A DNA stretch of 64,000 nt from an uncultured Nitrososphaeraceae archaeon (GTDB lineage: Archaea; Thermoproteota; Nitrososphaeria; Nitrososphaerales; Nitrososphaeraceae). The notes under the pieces were generated by a model, which had not been told where the DNA came from, did no database searches, and saw only the letters and a program-made list of their open reading frames with translations. The stretch spans positions 320,001-384,000 of the forward strand of contig CAVZZA010000001.1 in assembly GCA_963779615.1 (NCBI GenBank), written 5' to 3'. The translations under genes were made by a program, and so were the position numbers. Shown piece by piece: positions 9,732 to 20,639 of this stretch (positions are counted from its first letter, which is position 1; each line of letters opens with the position of its first letter).

Positions 9732-10019
9732 CTATTTATCCAACCCAGTATATATTTGGGTATCAATAATATAGGAAAAACTAGAAGTTAAGTCAGTAGT
9801 GGTTATTTTAGATGACAGGGGCAATAAAATAGAAGGATCCGAATACTGCTCAGAACTACCTAAGCCATTGTAACTGGACAATGAAGACTGATTTAAAATG
9901 TTGGATTTTGTAACCTTATCTTTGGCTAAAGCAATTTGAGAGGAAACAGAACTATCTACAGATACAACAACTATCAAAGAAATGATAAACACAGATATAA
10001 AGAATCTTAGTTTTTCCAT
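9732..10019 (-). CDS. Hypothetical protein with signal peptide
   Basis: Hydrophobic N-terminus ending in ALA, Ser-rich. No family recognised. Confidence 0.5.
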   Translation of the reverse strand: MEKLRFFISVFIISLIVVVSVDSSVSSQIALAKDKVTKSNILNQSSLSSYNGLGSSEQYSDPSILLPLSSKITTTDLTSSFSYIIDTQIYTGLDK

Positions 10020-10207
10020 ATATTTAATTCAGGGGATTATATCATTTATAAGAAAACCTTCAATTATCACAATAATAAACATAATCATATATCAGCACAG
10101 TTATTTCTACTCAAGAATTAACATAACACTTTTTAGTTATTTTTTGATTATAAGATTTGCATTAATTTAATTTCATTGCCACAGCTTTATCAAACATAAA
10201 TAAAAAA

Positions 10208-10801
10208 TTAATAAAAAATTAACGGGTCATTTTTTGATTCATATTTTTTAATGGAGTTTTCGAATTTTAATGTTGTAGAGATTTCATCAATACCTTCTAA
10301 CAAAAAACGCTTTAAGGTTGAGTCAATATCAAATTTGTGAATATCTGAATTTACTTTTACAGTCTGGTTTAGTAAATCAATTTCTACATCTTGATTTATT
10401 GTTGATGAAAACATATGATCAATTTTATCTTTATCTAATTTAATAATCAAAACACCGTTTTTAAAGCAATTGTTATAAAAAATATCGGCAAAAGAAATTC
10501 CCAGGATTACTTTAAATCCAAAATCTTTGAGTGCCCATACGGCATGTTCTCTTGAGCTGCCTATACCAAAATTCTCCCTTGTTAAAAGAATTTGCCTTCC
10601 CTTAAATTCAGGAAAATTTAAAACAAAGTTGGATTTGTCATTGCCATTCTTATCATAACGCCAGTCGTAAAACAAGTATTTTCCATATCCAGCCTTTCCC
10701 AAAAGTTTCAGGAATTGTTTGGGAATGATTTGATCGGTATCAACGTTAACTATATCAAGTGGAACTGCTTTGCTTTTTAGGTATTTAAACGACTCCATCA
10801 A
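10208..10801 (-). CDS. leuD: 3-isopropylmalate dehydratase small subunit
   Basis: NVDTDQIIPKQFL, NFGIGSSREHA, SFADIFYNN. Confidence 0.97.
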   Translation of the reverse strand: MMESFKYLKSKAVPLDIVNVDTDQIIPKQFLKLLGKAGYGKYLFYDWRYDKNGNDKSNFVLNFPEFKGRQILLTRENFGIGSSREHAVWALKDFGFKVILGISFADIFYNNCFKNGVLIIKLDKDKIDHMFSSTINQDVEIDLLNQTVKVNSDIHKFDIDSTLKRFLLEGIDEISTTLKFENSIKKYESKNDPLIFY

Positions 10802-10829
10802 GTCAGTTAATGTCTTTTACCATATTAAT

Positions 10830-12251
10830 TTAGATCCATTCTCTGACATCAACGAACTTGCCTGCAACAGCAGCTGCAGCAGCCATAACTGGGCTGACTA
10901 AATGAGTCCTTCCGCCTGTACCCTGTCTCCCTTCAAAATTTCTATTAGAGGTACTAGCGCATCTTTCACCGGGTAAAAGTATATCGGGATTCATTCCCAG
11001 ACACATGCTACAACCAGACTCACGCCACTCAAACCCGGCATCCACAAATATTTTGTCAAGTCCTAGTTTTTCAGCAGACATCTTTACTTGTTGAGAACCT
11101 GGGACAACCATGGCTTTGACATGTGAAGAAATTTTTTTGTCTTTTAATACTATGGATGCTTCTATTAGATCTTCCAATCTTGCATTTGTGCACGAGCCTA
11201 TAAAAACCCTATCTACGGATAGATCGGTTATTGGCAAACCAGGAGTCAGGTCCATATACTTTAATGCTCGAATTGCAGATTTTTTCTCCTCTTCGTTTCC
11301 CTTAGCATATTCATCAGGATTTGGAATCGTAGAAGTTACATCAATAGTCATGGCAGGGTTGGTTCCCCAAGTAACCTGAGGGACAATGTCATCAACGTTT
11401 AGCATGAATGATTTATCATATTTTGCATCATTATCAGATCCAAGGTCCCTCCAAGTATTTAGCAATCTTTCAAAGGATTCATTTTTTGGAGAGTATTTTT
11501 TTTCTCGCAGGTAATCAAAGGTTATATCATCAGGGGATACAAGTCCAGCCCGAGCACCAGCCTCAATTGACATATTGCATATTGTCATTCTTTTTTCCAT
11601 TGAAAGTTTTGAAATAAAACTTCCTTGGTATTCAATTACAGAGCCTGAACCTCCAGACGTACCTATTTTCTTAATAATTGACAATATAACATCTTTTGCA
11701 GAAATAGCAAGATCATTTTTTAGACTGCTATTCAAAATAATTTCAAAGTTTTTGGCCTTTTTCATCCACAAACATTGAGTGGCCAATACATGCTCTACAT
11801 CACTAGTGCCTATTCCAAAGGCCAATGCGCCGAATGCACCATGGGTAGAGGTATGACTATCTCCACAAACAATTGTTGTTCCAGGAAGCGTCAAACCCAA
11901 TTCCGGACCAATCACATGAACAATGCCTTGATATTGATCATTTATGTCAAAAAGGGTTATTCCAAAATCCTCGCAATTTTTTTGCAAAGACTTTATTTGT
12001 AGTGAAGAAATCTCGTCGACTAATGGTAACGATCTATCTGTAGTGGGAACATTATGATCAACAGTGGCAAAAGTAAGATTAGGTTTTCGCACTTTTCGAC
12101 CATTCATCCTAAGACCATCAAATGCCTGTGGAGAAGTAACTTCATGGATAAAATGCCTATCAACATAAATTAATGAAGGACTATCATCGTCAACATCATC
12201 AGAATATACTAAATGATTTTTCCAGATTTTATCATAAGCCGTTTTTGCCAA
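10830..12251 (-). CDS. leuC: 3-isopropylmalate dehydratase large subunit
   Basis: [42 protein letters not shown]. Confidence 0.98.
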   Translation of the reverse strand: MAKTAYDKIWKNHLVYSDDVDDDSPSLIYVDRHFIHEVTSPQAFDGLRMNGRKVRKPNLTFATVDHNVPTTDRSLPLVDEISSLQIKSLQKNCEDFGITLFDINDQYQGIVHVIGPELGLTLPGTTIVCGDSHTSTHGAFGALAFGIGTSDVEHVLATQCLWMKKAKNFEIILNSSLKNDLAISAKDVILSIIKKIGTSGGSGSVIEYQGSFISKLSMEKRMTICNMSIEAGARAGLVSPDDITFDYLREKKYSPKNESFERLLNTWRDLGSDNDAKYDKSFMLNVDDIVPQVTWGTNPAMTIDVTSTIPNPDEYAKGNEEEKKSAIRALKYMDLTPGLPITDLSVDRVFIGSCTNARLEDLIEASIVLKDKKISSHVKAMVVPGSQQVKMSAEKLGLDKIFVDAGFEWRESGCSMCLGMNPDILLPGERCASTSNRNFEGRQGTGGRTHLVSPVMAAAAAVAGKFVDVREWI

Positions 12252-12343
12252 ATACTAATTATTAGTAGAAGAAGTATAATAATTATCTTATAATTTGTGC
12301 CAATCAATAATGCTTAAATGTAGTCAAATATTAGTTGATATAA

Positions 12344-13018
12344 ATGCACATTAATGAGCAGATTAATGATAATCGTTATCCTCAGTATATCTTAGATCAA
12401 ATTAAAAAAGGAACGACCACATGTGCAATTACATGCACCGATGGAGTGGTTTTAGCTGCCGACACTAGAGCAAGTGCAGGTTTTTTCATAGCAGATAGAC
12501 ATGTAATGAAAATACAAAAGGTAGATGAACATTTAGGCATGACAATTGCAGGAGGAGTTGCAGATGCTCAAAATCTTGTAGACACAATGAGATATAATTC
12601 AAACATTTACAGATTATCCAAAAAAGAATTAATTCCGGTTAGCTCTGCTGCAAGGCTTTGTTCTAATATATTATTTAATCAAAGATATTTCCCGTACTAT
12701 GTTCAAATTATTATGGCGGGGTTTGATCATCGAGAAAAAGAGGGAAAAATATACAACATTGACTTGTTCGGGTCAATGACCACAGAAAAATTCATTTCCA
12801 CCGGAAGCGGTTCACCAGTAGCATACGGATATTTAGAGTCAGAATTTAAAGATGGAATTAGTGTAAACGAAGCTTATAAAATAGCTATTCAATCTATAGC
12901 TGCAGCGATTAGAAGAAATGCAGGGACTGGAGATAGCATAAATGCTGTAATAATAGACAAAAATGGATACAGAGAATTGACCAAAGAAGAAAAAGACAGC
13001 GTAGGCGCTAAATTTTAG
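12344..13018 (+). CDS. psmB: Proteasome beta subunit
   Basis: Propeptide then G-TTT catalytic Thr, ADTRAS, TGSGS. Confidence 0.96.
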   Translation: MHINEQINDNRYPQYILDQIKKGTTTCAITCTDGVVLAADTRASAGFFIADRHVMKIQKVDEHLGMTIAGGVADAQNLVDTMRYNSNIYRLSKKELIPVSSAARLCSNILFNQRYFPYYVQIIMAGFDHREKEGKIYNIDLFGSMTTEKFISTGSGSPVAYGYLESEFKDGISVNEAYKIAIQSIAAAIRRNAGTGDSINAVIIDKNGYRELTKEEKDSVGAKF

Positions 13019-13048
13019 GTTGTTTAGAAATAAATAGAATCATAAAAA

Positions 13049-14638
13049 TCAATTGATCTTATTTGTATCAATAAAATCTTCAATTTTTATTTCTGTTTCA
13101 CCAGCAAAGTCTAGATATGGTAAAATTTTTTTCATAAAAGAGTCAGCAATTATATGAACAGTTTTAAAATGGTTAGTCTTTAAAAAAGAGTTAAACAGTT
13201 TTATAAACTCATCAAAGTCTTGAGATTCAAAATCACTAGCATGCGTAGAAAAAACATTGTGAGAAGCAGGATATATATCAGAGATCTCAACAGGAATTAA
13301 TCCAAAAAATGGGTTATAAAGGCAAAAAATAGAGGAGGAGGAATGTTTATCAATCAAGTTTTTAAATACATTAGATAAATAAAACGGTCTTGTGCCCTGG
13401 TCAGGATAAAGCAACAGAACATCATTAAAAAACGGTTTATAGTTGTTTATCAGCATGTTTCGAAAATTTTTGAGTTCAGGTCTATATTGATTTATTGGTT
13501 CAAACAAATAGATTGCTTTTTGTTTAAACAAAGGAGTGTGATTTTTCAAATATTCAAAGTTTTTAACGACATGTATTGCATCCATTAATTTTGGATGAGA
13601 CCTGGCTTTTTGCAAAATGTACTCCCAAAGCCTTCCATCTAATATGGACTGCTTTACAAAGGAAATTTCTTGTTTAAGAACAAACAAATTATGTTTTGCT
13701 AGATTAGTGACCCTGGTTTCCTCGTCTTCATTTAATAATTCTTTAACGGTATAGTAAGAACAAACAGGACAGCAACAAGGAAAATAGGACAAAGCATCTA
13801 GCCTCAGGGTTCCATGAGAATACATATAACGATTATCCTTTGCATATAAGATGTATGATGCTGAATCAAAGGTATCACATCCTAAAGCTACAGCAAGAGG
13901 AATGGTCAATGGATGGCCAGCACCAAATAAGTGAATAGGTTTATCAGGTACTGCCAATTTTGTTGTTTTGATAAGTTGTGCCAATATAGAAAAGTTATAG
14001 GACTCCATTAGTTCAACTGGGCTTCCTATGGCAAGAAATTGGAATCCCATTTTATCCAGAGCAGATGCAGAATATTTGACTAGATCAAAGTGCTCTGCAC
14101 CTTGAATTGTTCCAGCCCATATCTCACCTTTGGATGAAAGGAAATCAGAGTCGATACTGAAATTATTTTTTACTTTATTTTCTTTTATTATTTCAACTGT
14201 TTCTTTTATATTAGAAATAGTTTCGTCTACGTAGGATTTTGCGAGAGGATATGATAATCCATATCCTGTGGGTTTATCCAATGGAACTGGAATATCACTA
14301 CCGATATCAAGTTCAAATTGAGCCATGGTTGAAGGAGATACGCCAACTGATCCATATTCAAGAACTTGATAGCCTCCGGAATCAGTCATTATAGGTCCAT
14401 CAAAATTTACAATATTATGTATTCCATATTTTCTGGCTTTATCTCCATGTTTTCTAAATGCAATATATGCATTTGTTATTATGCAATCAAATCCAAGGCT
14501 TTTTAAAAAAGAGGGACTGATTTGTTGTTTGATGGGGTGAATTACAGGTATAAACGACGGCGTTTCAAAAGAACCATGCAGAGTGGTAAATTTTCCGATT
14601 CGGGCAGCCAGATCTGTATCTTTCACCTCAAAAAACAA
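13049..14638 (-). CDS. tgtA: Archaeosine tRNA-guanine(15) transglycosylase
   Basis: MTDSGGYQ, HLFGAGHP, GCDTFDSASY, CCCPVC Zn site. Confidence 0.95.
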   Translation of the reverse strand: MFFEVKDTDLAARIGKFTTLHGSFETPSFIPVIHPIKQQISPSFLKSLGFDCIITNAYIAFRKHGDKARKYGIHNIVNFDGPIMTDSGGYQVLEYGSVGVSPSTMAQFELDIGSDIPVPLDKPTGYGLSYPLAKSYVDETISNIKETVEIIKENKVKNNFSIDSDFLSSKGEIWAGTIQGAEHFDLVKYSASALDKMGFQFLAIGSPVELMESYNFSILAQLIKTTKLAVPDKPIHLFGAGHPLTIPLAVALGCDTFDSASYILYAKDNRYMYSHGTLRLDALSYFPCCCPVCSYYTVKELLNEDEETRVTNLAKHNLFVLKQEISFVKQSILDGRLWEYILQKARSHPKLMDAIHVVKNFEYLKNHTPLFKQKAIYLFEPINQYRPELKNFRNMLINNYKPFFNDVLLLYPDQGTRPFYLSNVFKNLIDKHSSSSIFCLYNPFFGLIPVEISDIYPASHNVFSTHASDFESQDFDEFIKLFNSFLKTNHFKTVHIIADSFMKKILPYLDFAGETEIKIEDFIDTNKIN

Positions 14639-14640
14639 AA

Positions 14641-15054
14641 CTAATTCTTTGGCTCCTTAATGAATTCATCATAAATAGCTTTAACTCTAGAAGCCGCTAA
14701 TCCAGAACCCTCCTCTATACCCGACTCTGTAACCTTAATTTTGTCCATTACAATTATAGCACCTATATCTTCTCGAATTTTAACTAAACCCGGAAATATA
14801 CGAGACAGTCTATCAGAAAGGGCCTTAAGGTCAAATGGCCTTTCTAATAATTTAATTTCTTTTACAAACGATCCATTTACCATCAATTTCTGAATTTGTT
14901 GGGATTCAACGTTATCCAATATCAAATCAAATTTTTCACTAAGTCCAACCAAAACACCAGAATAATTTTTATTATCTGAAGTTTCAATGGAGACTTTTTT
15001 TCCTAGAAATTGTATACTTTCTTCAGCAAACTTTCTTGAAATTAAAGCAGCCAT
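14641..15054 (-). CDS. Lsm/Sm-like protein with C-terminal extension (SmAP3 type)
   Basis: Sm1 motif (YSGVLVG...LILDN) plus C-terminal domain (FPGLVKIREDIGAIIVMDKIKV). Confidence 0.85.
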   Translation of the reverse strand: MAALISRKFAEESIQFLGKKVSIETSDNKNYSGVLVGLSEKFDLILDNVESQQIQKLMVNGSFVKEIKLLERPFDLKALSDRLSRIFPGLVKIREDIGAIIVMDKIKVTESGIEEGSGLAASRVKAIYDEFIKEPKN

Positions 15055-15111
15055 GATTCAAATGGATCATATCGCAGGGCATATATATATGGAATCAGTT
15101 TTATTTTGGGT

Positions 15112-15744
15112 TCACATTAAGAATTTAACCATCTGAGGATCATCCTGGATAAGAGGCAACCAATCTATTATTCCAAATTCTCTCAAATTTTTGTTGGTGT
15201 ACATATCTATAATTTTTTGTGCGGACATATAGGGCAAAACATTTTCACTTATTTCTATCTCACTGATATCTTTTTTATTGAATTTCTTTAAAAAATCATA
15301 AGATATAATTCCCAAAATTTCAGATACTACATTATCATAAATTTTTTTTTTTGAATATGATCGTATTTCATATATTTTTTTAAGTTCATATGGGCTCCTT
15401 CTCAAAACTATTATAAAATCTACCAAAACCGGATCTACAACATATGGAGCAAGATGACCGACTATAATTGCATCATCATATTCTTTTGTGGTAAGTATTA
15501 ATTTTAATGAATTAAATGTTTTTTCAATATTTACTTCATTTCCATACGAAGAAGATGAAGAGGGAATTAAAAGATTTTCAGATAATATAACCTTGTTTAT
15601 ATCCAAAATAGGAATTCCATTCAACATTCTGGAGAGTTCAATAGAAATAGTATGTTTTCCAACGCCGGGTGTCCCAGAAACTATAACTTTCAGAAGTACA
15701 ACGCCTATTTTATTTATTTTTATAAATGTTTTTAATTTTTTCAA
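15112..15744 (-). CDS. Adenylate kinase, AK6/Fap7-like
   Basis: SGTPGVGK P-loop, IIVGH, C-terminal IDW. True start probably downstream of 15744. Confidence 0.85.
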   Translation of the reverse strand: MKKLKTFIKINKIGVVLLKVIVSGTPGVGKHTISIELSRMLNGIPILDINKVILSENLLIPSSSSSYGNEVNIEKTFNSLKLILTTKEYDDAIIVGHLAPYVVDPVLVDFIIVLRRSPYELKKIYEIRSYSKKKIYDNVVSEILGIISYDFLKKFNKKDISEIEISENVLPYMSAQKIIDMYTNKNLREFGIIDWLPLIQDDPQMVKFLM

Positions 15745-15762
15745 ACACAGTAAAAGAATAAC

Positions 15763-15948
15763 CTAAGAATAATCATTAAAAACATTGTTTACATAATCTG
15801 TCAGTTCGTCTCGTAATTTAATTACATTAGACCTTTTATCACCATCCAAATTAGTGTGAAGTAATGCATCTAATCCCTCAACCAAGTATTTTATATTTGA
15901 AAACGTTAGCAAAGTTTTATGATCAAGATTATCGAGATTATCTTCCAT
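15763..15948 (-). CDS. Small hypothetical protein
   Basis: 61-aa helical-looking ORF with ATG, co-oriented with neighbours. Confidence 0.55.
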   Translation of the reverse strand: MEDNLDNLDHKTLLTFSNIKYLVEGLDALLHTNLDGDKRSNVIKLRDELTDYVNNVFNDYS

Positions 15949-15972
15949 CTCGATAATGTAGTTTGCAGATTG

Positions 15973-16140
15973 TTAAAGTTTATGGTGGAAGAGTAATGAT
16001 GGGTAAATTTTAATTGTTGAAAGGATAGGCACAAACCATTCATCCACATGTTTTCTAAAAGATAGAATTACGAATAAGCGGAATACAGCTACCGCAGCCC
16101 ATATTCCCCACAGTATTAAAATTGGCTCAAACCAACACAA
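15973..16140 (-). CDS. Small (55 aa) membrane protein below the ORF-track cutoff
   Basis: Hand translation from TTG 16140: MCWFEPILILWGIWAAVAVFRLFVILSFRKHVDEWFVPILSTIKIYPSLLFHHKL*. GGAGG 3 nt upstream. One TM segment. Confidence 0.55.
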   Translation of the reverse strand: MCWFEPILILWGIWAAVAVFRLFVILSFRKHVDEWFVPILSTIKIYPSLLFHHKL

Positions 16141-16406
16141 TTACCTCCAAAACTACAGCAAGGACTATCATTCATTCATTTATTGCGATTCATGCGTTAA
16201 ACTAGATTGTTAACATAATAAGAGAAAAGATAATTTAAAAAGTTCAGAACGCATTAACAATTATTGTCATTTACCATAATAGAAATAAACAATCCGCGTC
16301 AATCCGAAAAGTTTTACATTTTTAAAGGATTAGTTAATGAAGTTATATAACAAATCAACCATGTTCTACTATTTGATTCAAAAAAATGATTTGAAATGAC
16401 ATGCTT

Positions 16407-17534
16407 TCATTTACCCCTTTTTGAGCTTGTTTCTTCATCCAAATCATCGGCTCCTTTCTCTGTTACAGTGAATTTTGTATCAGAATAAGGATGATAAGGA
16501 GAATCTATCATTTTTGCAGATCTGTTTTCGCCAGACTTTCGAAGATAAATTCGATAAGTAGAAGCATGACCTAAAATGTTTCCACCAGCAGCTTTTGTAG
16601 GATCTCCAAAAAAAGTATCAGGAGACGATTGAACCTGATTGGTTATTACAACTGATATGTTATAAATTTCAGCTAGTCTGATTATCTTATGTAACATGGT
16701 ATTAAGTCGTTGTTGTCTGTCGGACAATGTACCTCTTCCGGCAAATTCGGCCCTATGAAGAGAAATTATACTGTCGATTATAACCAAACGGGATTTAAAA
16801 TCAGTGATATATTTTCCTAAATCCTTTATGATTAGTTCCAAGTGAGAGCTATTGTACACTTTACAAACTGCAATACTTTTTAAAACATCTGTTGGATCAA
16901 GCCCGCGTGAAGCGGCTATTTGCTCAACGCGTTCAGGTCTAAATGTACCCTCCGTGTCAATATATATAGTGCCACTTCCGAATCCACCCATTTCGACTGG
17001 TTGATGAGCCGTAACACAAAGAGTATGGCAAATTTGAGATTTTCCAGAGCCAAACTCACCATAAAATTCTGTAATGGCCTGAGTTTCAATTCCGCCCAAA
17101 AGAAGTTTATCCAAAGCCTTTGAACCTGTAGTACAACGTAAGAGTGATTTTCTTTTTTCTAGTGCTACATCAGCAGTAACAAATTCTTTATCCAAAACAT
17201 TGGAATCTCGCAGCAATTGTTGTGCAGCGATAATGAATGCGGCTGCGCTTTCTTTAGAAGAGTTGATTTCCACGGATAACTCTTCTGAACTAGCAACCGC
17301 AAGATCCATAACAGTAAGTATTCCTCCATCACGAAGTTTTTTTGCAGTGGTTGGTCCTATGCCCGGAACATCCTGAATATCTAAATCATCAATAATAGTG
17401 GAAATAGATTTAGAATCGACAGTAGTTGTGGTTGTGGTGGTGGTGTTTGAAACATCCATACCGTCATTTGACACAGAAGAATCATTATTGACATCTTCAT
17501 CTTTGAATCGATCAGAGTTTTTTTTTTCTGCCAT
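16407..17534 (-). CDS. radA: DNA repair and recombination protein RadA
   Basis: HhH GIGPTTA, GEFGSGKSQ, IDTEGTFRPER, TNQV, GGNILGH. Acidic/poly-Thr N-terminal extension. Confidence 0.98.
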   Translation of the reverse strand: MAEKKNSDRFKDEDVNNDSSVSNDGMDVSNTTTTTTTTVDSKSISTIIDDLDIQDVPGIGPTTAKKLRDGGILTVMDLAVASSEELSVEINSSKESAAAFIIAAQQLLRDSNVLDKEFVTADVALEKRKSLLRCTTGSKALDKLLLGGIETQAITEFYGEFGSGKSQICHTLCVTAHQPVEMGGFGSGTIYIDTEGTFRPERVEQIAASRGLDPTDVLKSIAVCKVYNSSHLELIIKDLGKYITDFKSRLVIIDSIISLHRAEFAGRGTLSDRQQRLNTMLHKIIRLAEIYNISVVITNQVQSSPDTFFGDPTKAAGGNILGHASTYRIYLRKSGENRSAKMIDSPYHPYSDTKFTVTEKGADDLDEETSSKRGK

Positions 17535-17603
17535 ATCTACTATAATAAATTTCAGATATATTAAATAATTGAATGCCCAATAGTTTGAGTTTTGTTATGA
17601 ATG

Positions 17604-18359
17604 CTACTTGACATCCAAAATCAAAAGCTCATCATTCTTAAAGTTTTTAAACGAATCAACTATCCCATGGATGGGGTTATTAAGGAAAAGATCGCTAACA
17701 CTTTGTTTATCCAAAGATATCTCAATGGTATTGATTTTAGTTAGTTTTATTTTCACAGGTAAACCAGATTCGAATAGTTGACCATCTATAATAATGTCAA
17801 CATATCCATTTATTGTAGTATTGGTATATGGATTTAAAATAACCGACATATTTTTATTTTGAAAGTCAATTAGTTCTACGTAATGTTTTTCAAGTCCATC
17901 AGTGCTTAAAAGTTTAAAGGCGCTATGGAAATTTGTCACGGTACCTTTTGAAACGTTTAATATCCAATTTCCGGAAATCAATTTTGGAAATTCATATAAC
18001 GATGTATTCGCGTTTTTTTCATTTTTGGGGTTATCAAAATTAAACGGATTTGAAGGCTTGCTTATATCATGTTCCGAAATATTATAATATGGAAATAAAA
18101 CTGAAGATAATAATCCTTTTGCAAAAAAGGTATTTGAGCTATTAATTTCCAGAAGGCCACTATCACCAACTTCTGGTTTTGTGTCAAAAGGCGATGCAAA
18201 ATCATTTGATACCAGGTCATAAGTCATAACGTAATTTTTTGAATCAAATAAATTTGTTCCAAGACTGATTTTTGGATAGCCAATGCTAAAAAAGGGACAC
18301 ACAAAAAGAAAAGAACTAGAAAAAAGTAAAAAGAACAAGGTTAATGAATATTCAATCAA
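17604..18359 (-). CDS. Hypothetical secreted protein
   Basis: Hydrophobic N-terminus, beta-strand-rich C-terminus (ISGNWILNV...PIHGIV). Confidence 0.7.
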   Translation of the reverse strand: MIEYSLTLFFLLFSSSFLFVCPFFSIGYPKISLGTNLFDSKNYVMTYDLVSNDFASPFDTKPEVGDSGLLEINSSNTFFAKGLLSSVLFPYYNISEHDISKPSNPFNFDNPKNEKNANTSLYEFPKLISGNWILNVSKGTVTNFHSAFKLLSTDGLEKHYVELIDFQNKNMSVILNPYTNTTINGYVDIIIDGQLFESGLPVKIKLTKINTIEISLDKQSVSDLFLNNPIHGIVDSFKNFKNDELLILDVK

Positions 18360-18535
18360 TTTTATTTAAATTATTTAATTATGGGTACCTATAAAAAAGG
18401 TTTTATTGATAAGATATCGATAAGGGATTTATCTTTTGGCAGTTGGTTAAGAGATGGCACGACGTGAAATTTATTTACCCAGAGCGTAATTAACTTTAAG
18501 AATTTATGTTTAATTTGTTTCATATACAATAAAAA

Positions 18536-19588
18536 TTATTGAGTGGGTGGCATCAACATATTTGACATGTTCATCGGGGTTCCCATAGACATGGATCCAT
18601 TTTTGGATGGCATGAGAGTAAAGTCCATGGTTGAGGAAGAAGGGTTATTTGATGAAGTCTGATTATGCTTGCTCGCTATTTGCAAAACTACTGGTTTGGT
18701 GAGCATGAAATGCGCTACATCCTGTGTTTTATTGGATCCATCCACCACCAGGTTGTTAGTTACATCCACCCCATTAACAAGTCCGGTATAACTACCGGTA
18801 GCAGACAAAACGCTTGGTTTTGGCACATAAATTTCCTGATGAATATACACATTGTTATCTTTAGCGTTCAATCTATTCATGTCATAAATAAACGGCATAT
18901 CAAACGAAATTGCATTTGATTCGGGTACATAGGTGATATTGCCTATTTTATCGTAATAACCAAGTATCTTGATAGGAACAGGTTTACCGTCTATGTTAAA
19001 ATCTTTTTCTTTGAAGGCACCAACACTAAGCCAGCCATTAAATTCAGGTTGCTTATCATCAGGCAAAATCGTTCTGGAAAAATCGACAGTAACAATTCTC
19101 ACAATAAAATGGTATAACCCGCCTTCAGCAAATATCGGACCGGAAGCTACTACATAGCCCGATCCCTGGCTGGTATAAGCATTCAGAATAGGGTCAAGAT
19201 CTCCGGATACAGTAATCTTACTTGTATTTCTTGGCTGCATTTGGAGCAAAAGGTCCCCCTTTGGATTGTAAAACCAATCGGCTAACAATTGTTTCCCATT
19301 TTTCTCAATTGTGATAAAGTAGGTAACTTCTTTGAATGTCTGGTTAGTTTTTGCATCATATAGCTTAAACTCTATCACTGGCTTTTGAGACTCTTTTTGA
19401 ATCAATTCTGTAGTTACTACTGGTGGAGACATCTTTATCAATAGGTTTGCCTGGCGGTCTCCAAGAGACCCGGACAATTCTTCCATAAACAACCCATCTC
19501 CAAAAACGTTGCTAAATGTAAATGTATAGCTTGCAAATGATGTGATTAAAAGCATAAAAAAAAGACAAAAAGAAAAAACATTACTCAT
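18536..19588 (-). CDS. Thaumarchaeal secreted protein with Met-rich C-terminal tail
   Basis: Signal peptide, GDG after cleavage site, GPIFAEGGLYHF, YYDKI, IHQEIYVPK, HFML. Ends MSMGTPMNMSNMLMPPTQ. Confidence 0.75.
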   Translation of the reverse strand: MSNVFSFCLFFMLLITSFASYTFTFSNVFGDGLFMEELSGSLGDRQANLLIKMSPPVVTTELIQKESQKPVIEFKLYDAKTNQTFKEVTYFITIEKNGKQLLADWFYNPKGDLLLQMQPRNTSKITVSGDLDPILNAYTSQGSGYVVASGPIFAEGGLYHFIVRIVTVDFSRTILPDDKQPEFNGWLSVGAFKEKDFNIDGKPVPIKILGYYDKIGNITYVPESNAISFDMPFIYDMNRLNAKDNNVYIHQEIYVPKPSVLSATGSYTGLVNGVDVTNNLVVDGSNKTQDVAHFMLTKPVVLQIASKHNQTSSNNPSSSTMDFTLMPSKNGSMSMGTPMNMSNMLMPPTQ

Positions 19589-19677
19589 AATTAATGTTAT
19601 TCAGACATTTTCACATATTTATTACTATTGTCAATAAAACATAACAATCATATCATTGAAAAAATGATTACACAGGT

Positions 19678-20550
19678 ATGAAATTTTATTATGTTTTTAT
19701 TTTCTTGATAATCATATTTGCTTTTCAAACATTATTGTCAAATACAAGCTTTATTTTATTCAAATATCAAGAAACATTATCTTCCGCACTAGCTCAACTG
19801 GATTCCAACAAATCAAGTTCTCAAACAGTAGAATATTATGCCCGGTTTAATTGCGGTACAATTGACGACGATAACGGGCCGTTAAGACCTGGAAAATATG
19901 ATTCAGATATAACCATATTTAACAAGAAAAACTTTCCGTTAACAGTCATTTGGAAGGCAATAGAGGTCAACCAAGAATATAAAAACAACTTTAAAACATT
20001 AAACATACAGCCAGAAAGCATTGTAAACATTAATTGTGCAAAAATATTTCCTTCTCCGGCAATGGGAGTTTCCGATTTAGAAAGTAGATTTACTGAAGGA
20101 ATAGTGTTGATTAGAATAAGTGTAAACAATGGTCAACTGCTAAACAATTTTTTTAATAATCAAGATCCTTCATCATCCATAATTATCAATAAAGACGAAG
20201 TGGGAGATTTGGTCAATGTGGATGTATTGCACACGGTAAATACACTAAGTGATTTAAAGAAAGAGGCGTTTTATTTCAAAGTAGATTTTTCAGCAGAGCA
20301 ATCAAATGAAAAATTCAAAGACGGATATAAAAACAATTTTACAGCTATTTTTAAAGTTGAGCCAAATAGCATAATAGATCCCATTAAGCTGATAAAACAG
20401 AACCTAAACAAGGATTCCACAATTAGTCAACATCCATCTAACGATACAAAAGTAAAAATAACAAAGTCTGAAACGATTTCAAACAGCTATACAGATAACC
20501 ATGCATTAGCTTTTCAAAAAGTCATTCCCACAATTACGAATGAAAAATAA
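19678..20550 (+). CDS. Hypothetical secreted protein
   Basis: Signal peptide, YYARFNCG...RPGKYDSDITIFN and a second Cys (INC). Confidence 0.7.
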   Translation: MKFYYVFIFLIIIFAFQTLLSNTSFILFKYQETLSSALAQLDSNKSSSQTVEYYARFNCGTIDDDNGPLRPGKYDSDITIFNKKNFPLTVIWKAIEVNQEYKNNFKTLNIQPESIVNINCAKIFPSPAMGVSDLESRFTEGIVLIRISVNNGQLLNNFFNNQDPSSSIIINKDEVGDLVNVDVLHTVNTLSDLKKEAFYFKVDFSAEQSNEKFKDGYKNNFTAIFKVEPNSIIDPIKLIKQNLNKDSTISQHPSNDTKVKITKSETISNSYTDNHALAFQKVIPTITNEK

Positions 20551-20639
20551 ACCACAGGTTTTTTGTATTCTAATTTTTTTTGATCTAGCCTTGTTATTAA
20601 TAAATACCTTAATAAAAAATATTTTTTGTACACTCCACA

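Noticed and set aside
17418-17445. Poly-Thr tract in the RadA N-terminus as an intein or insertion
   Set aside because: Mixed codons in a low-complexity tail, no intein motifs.
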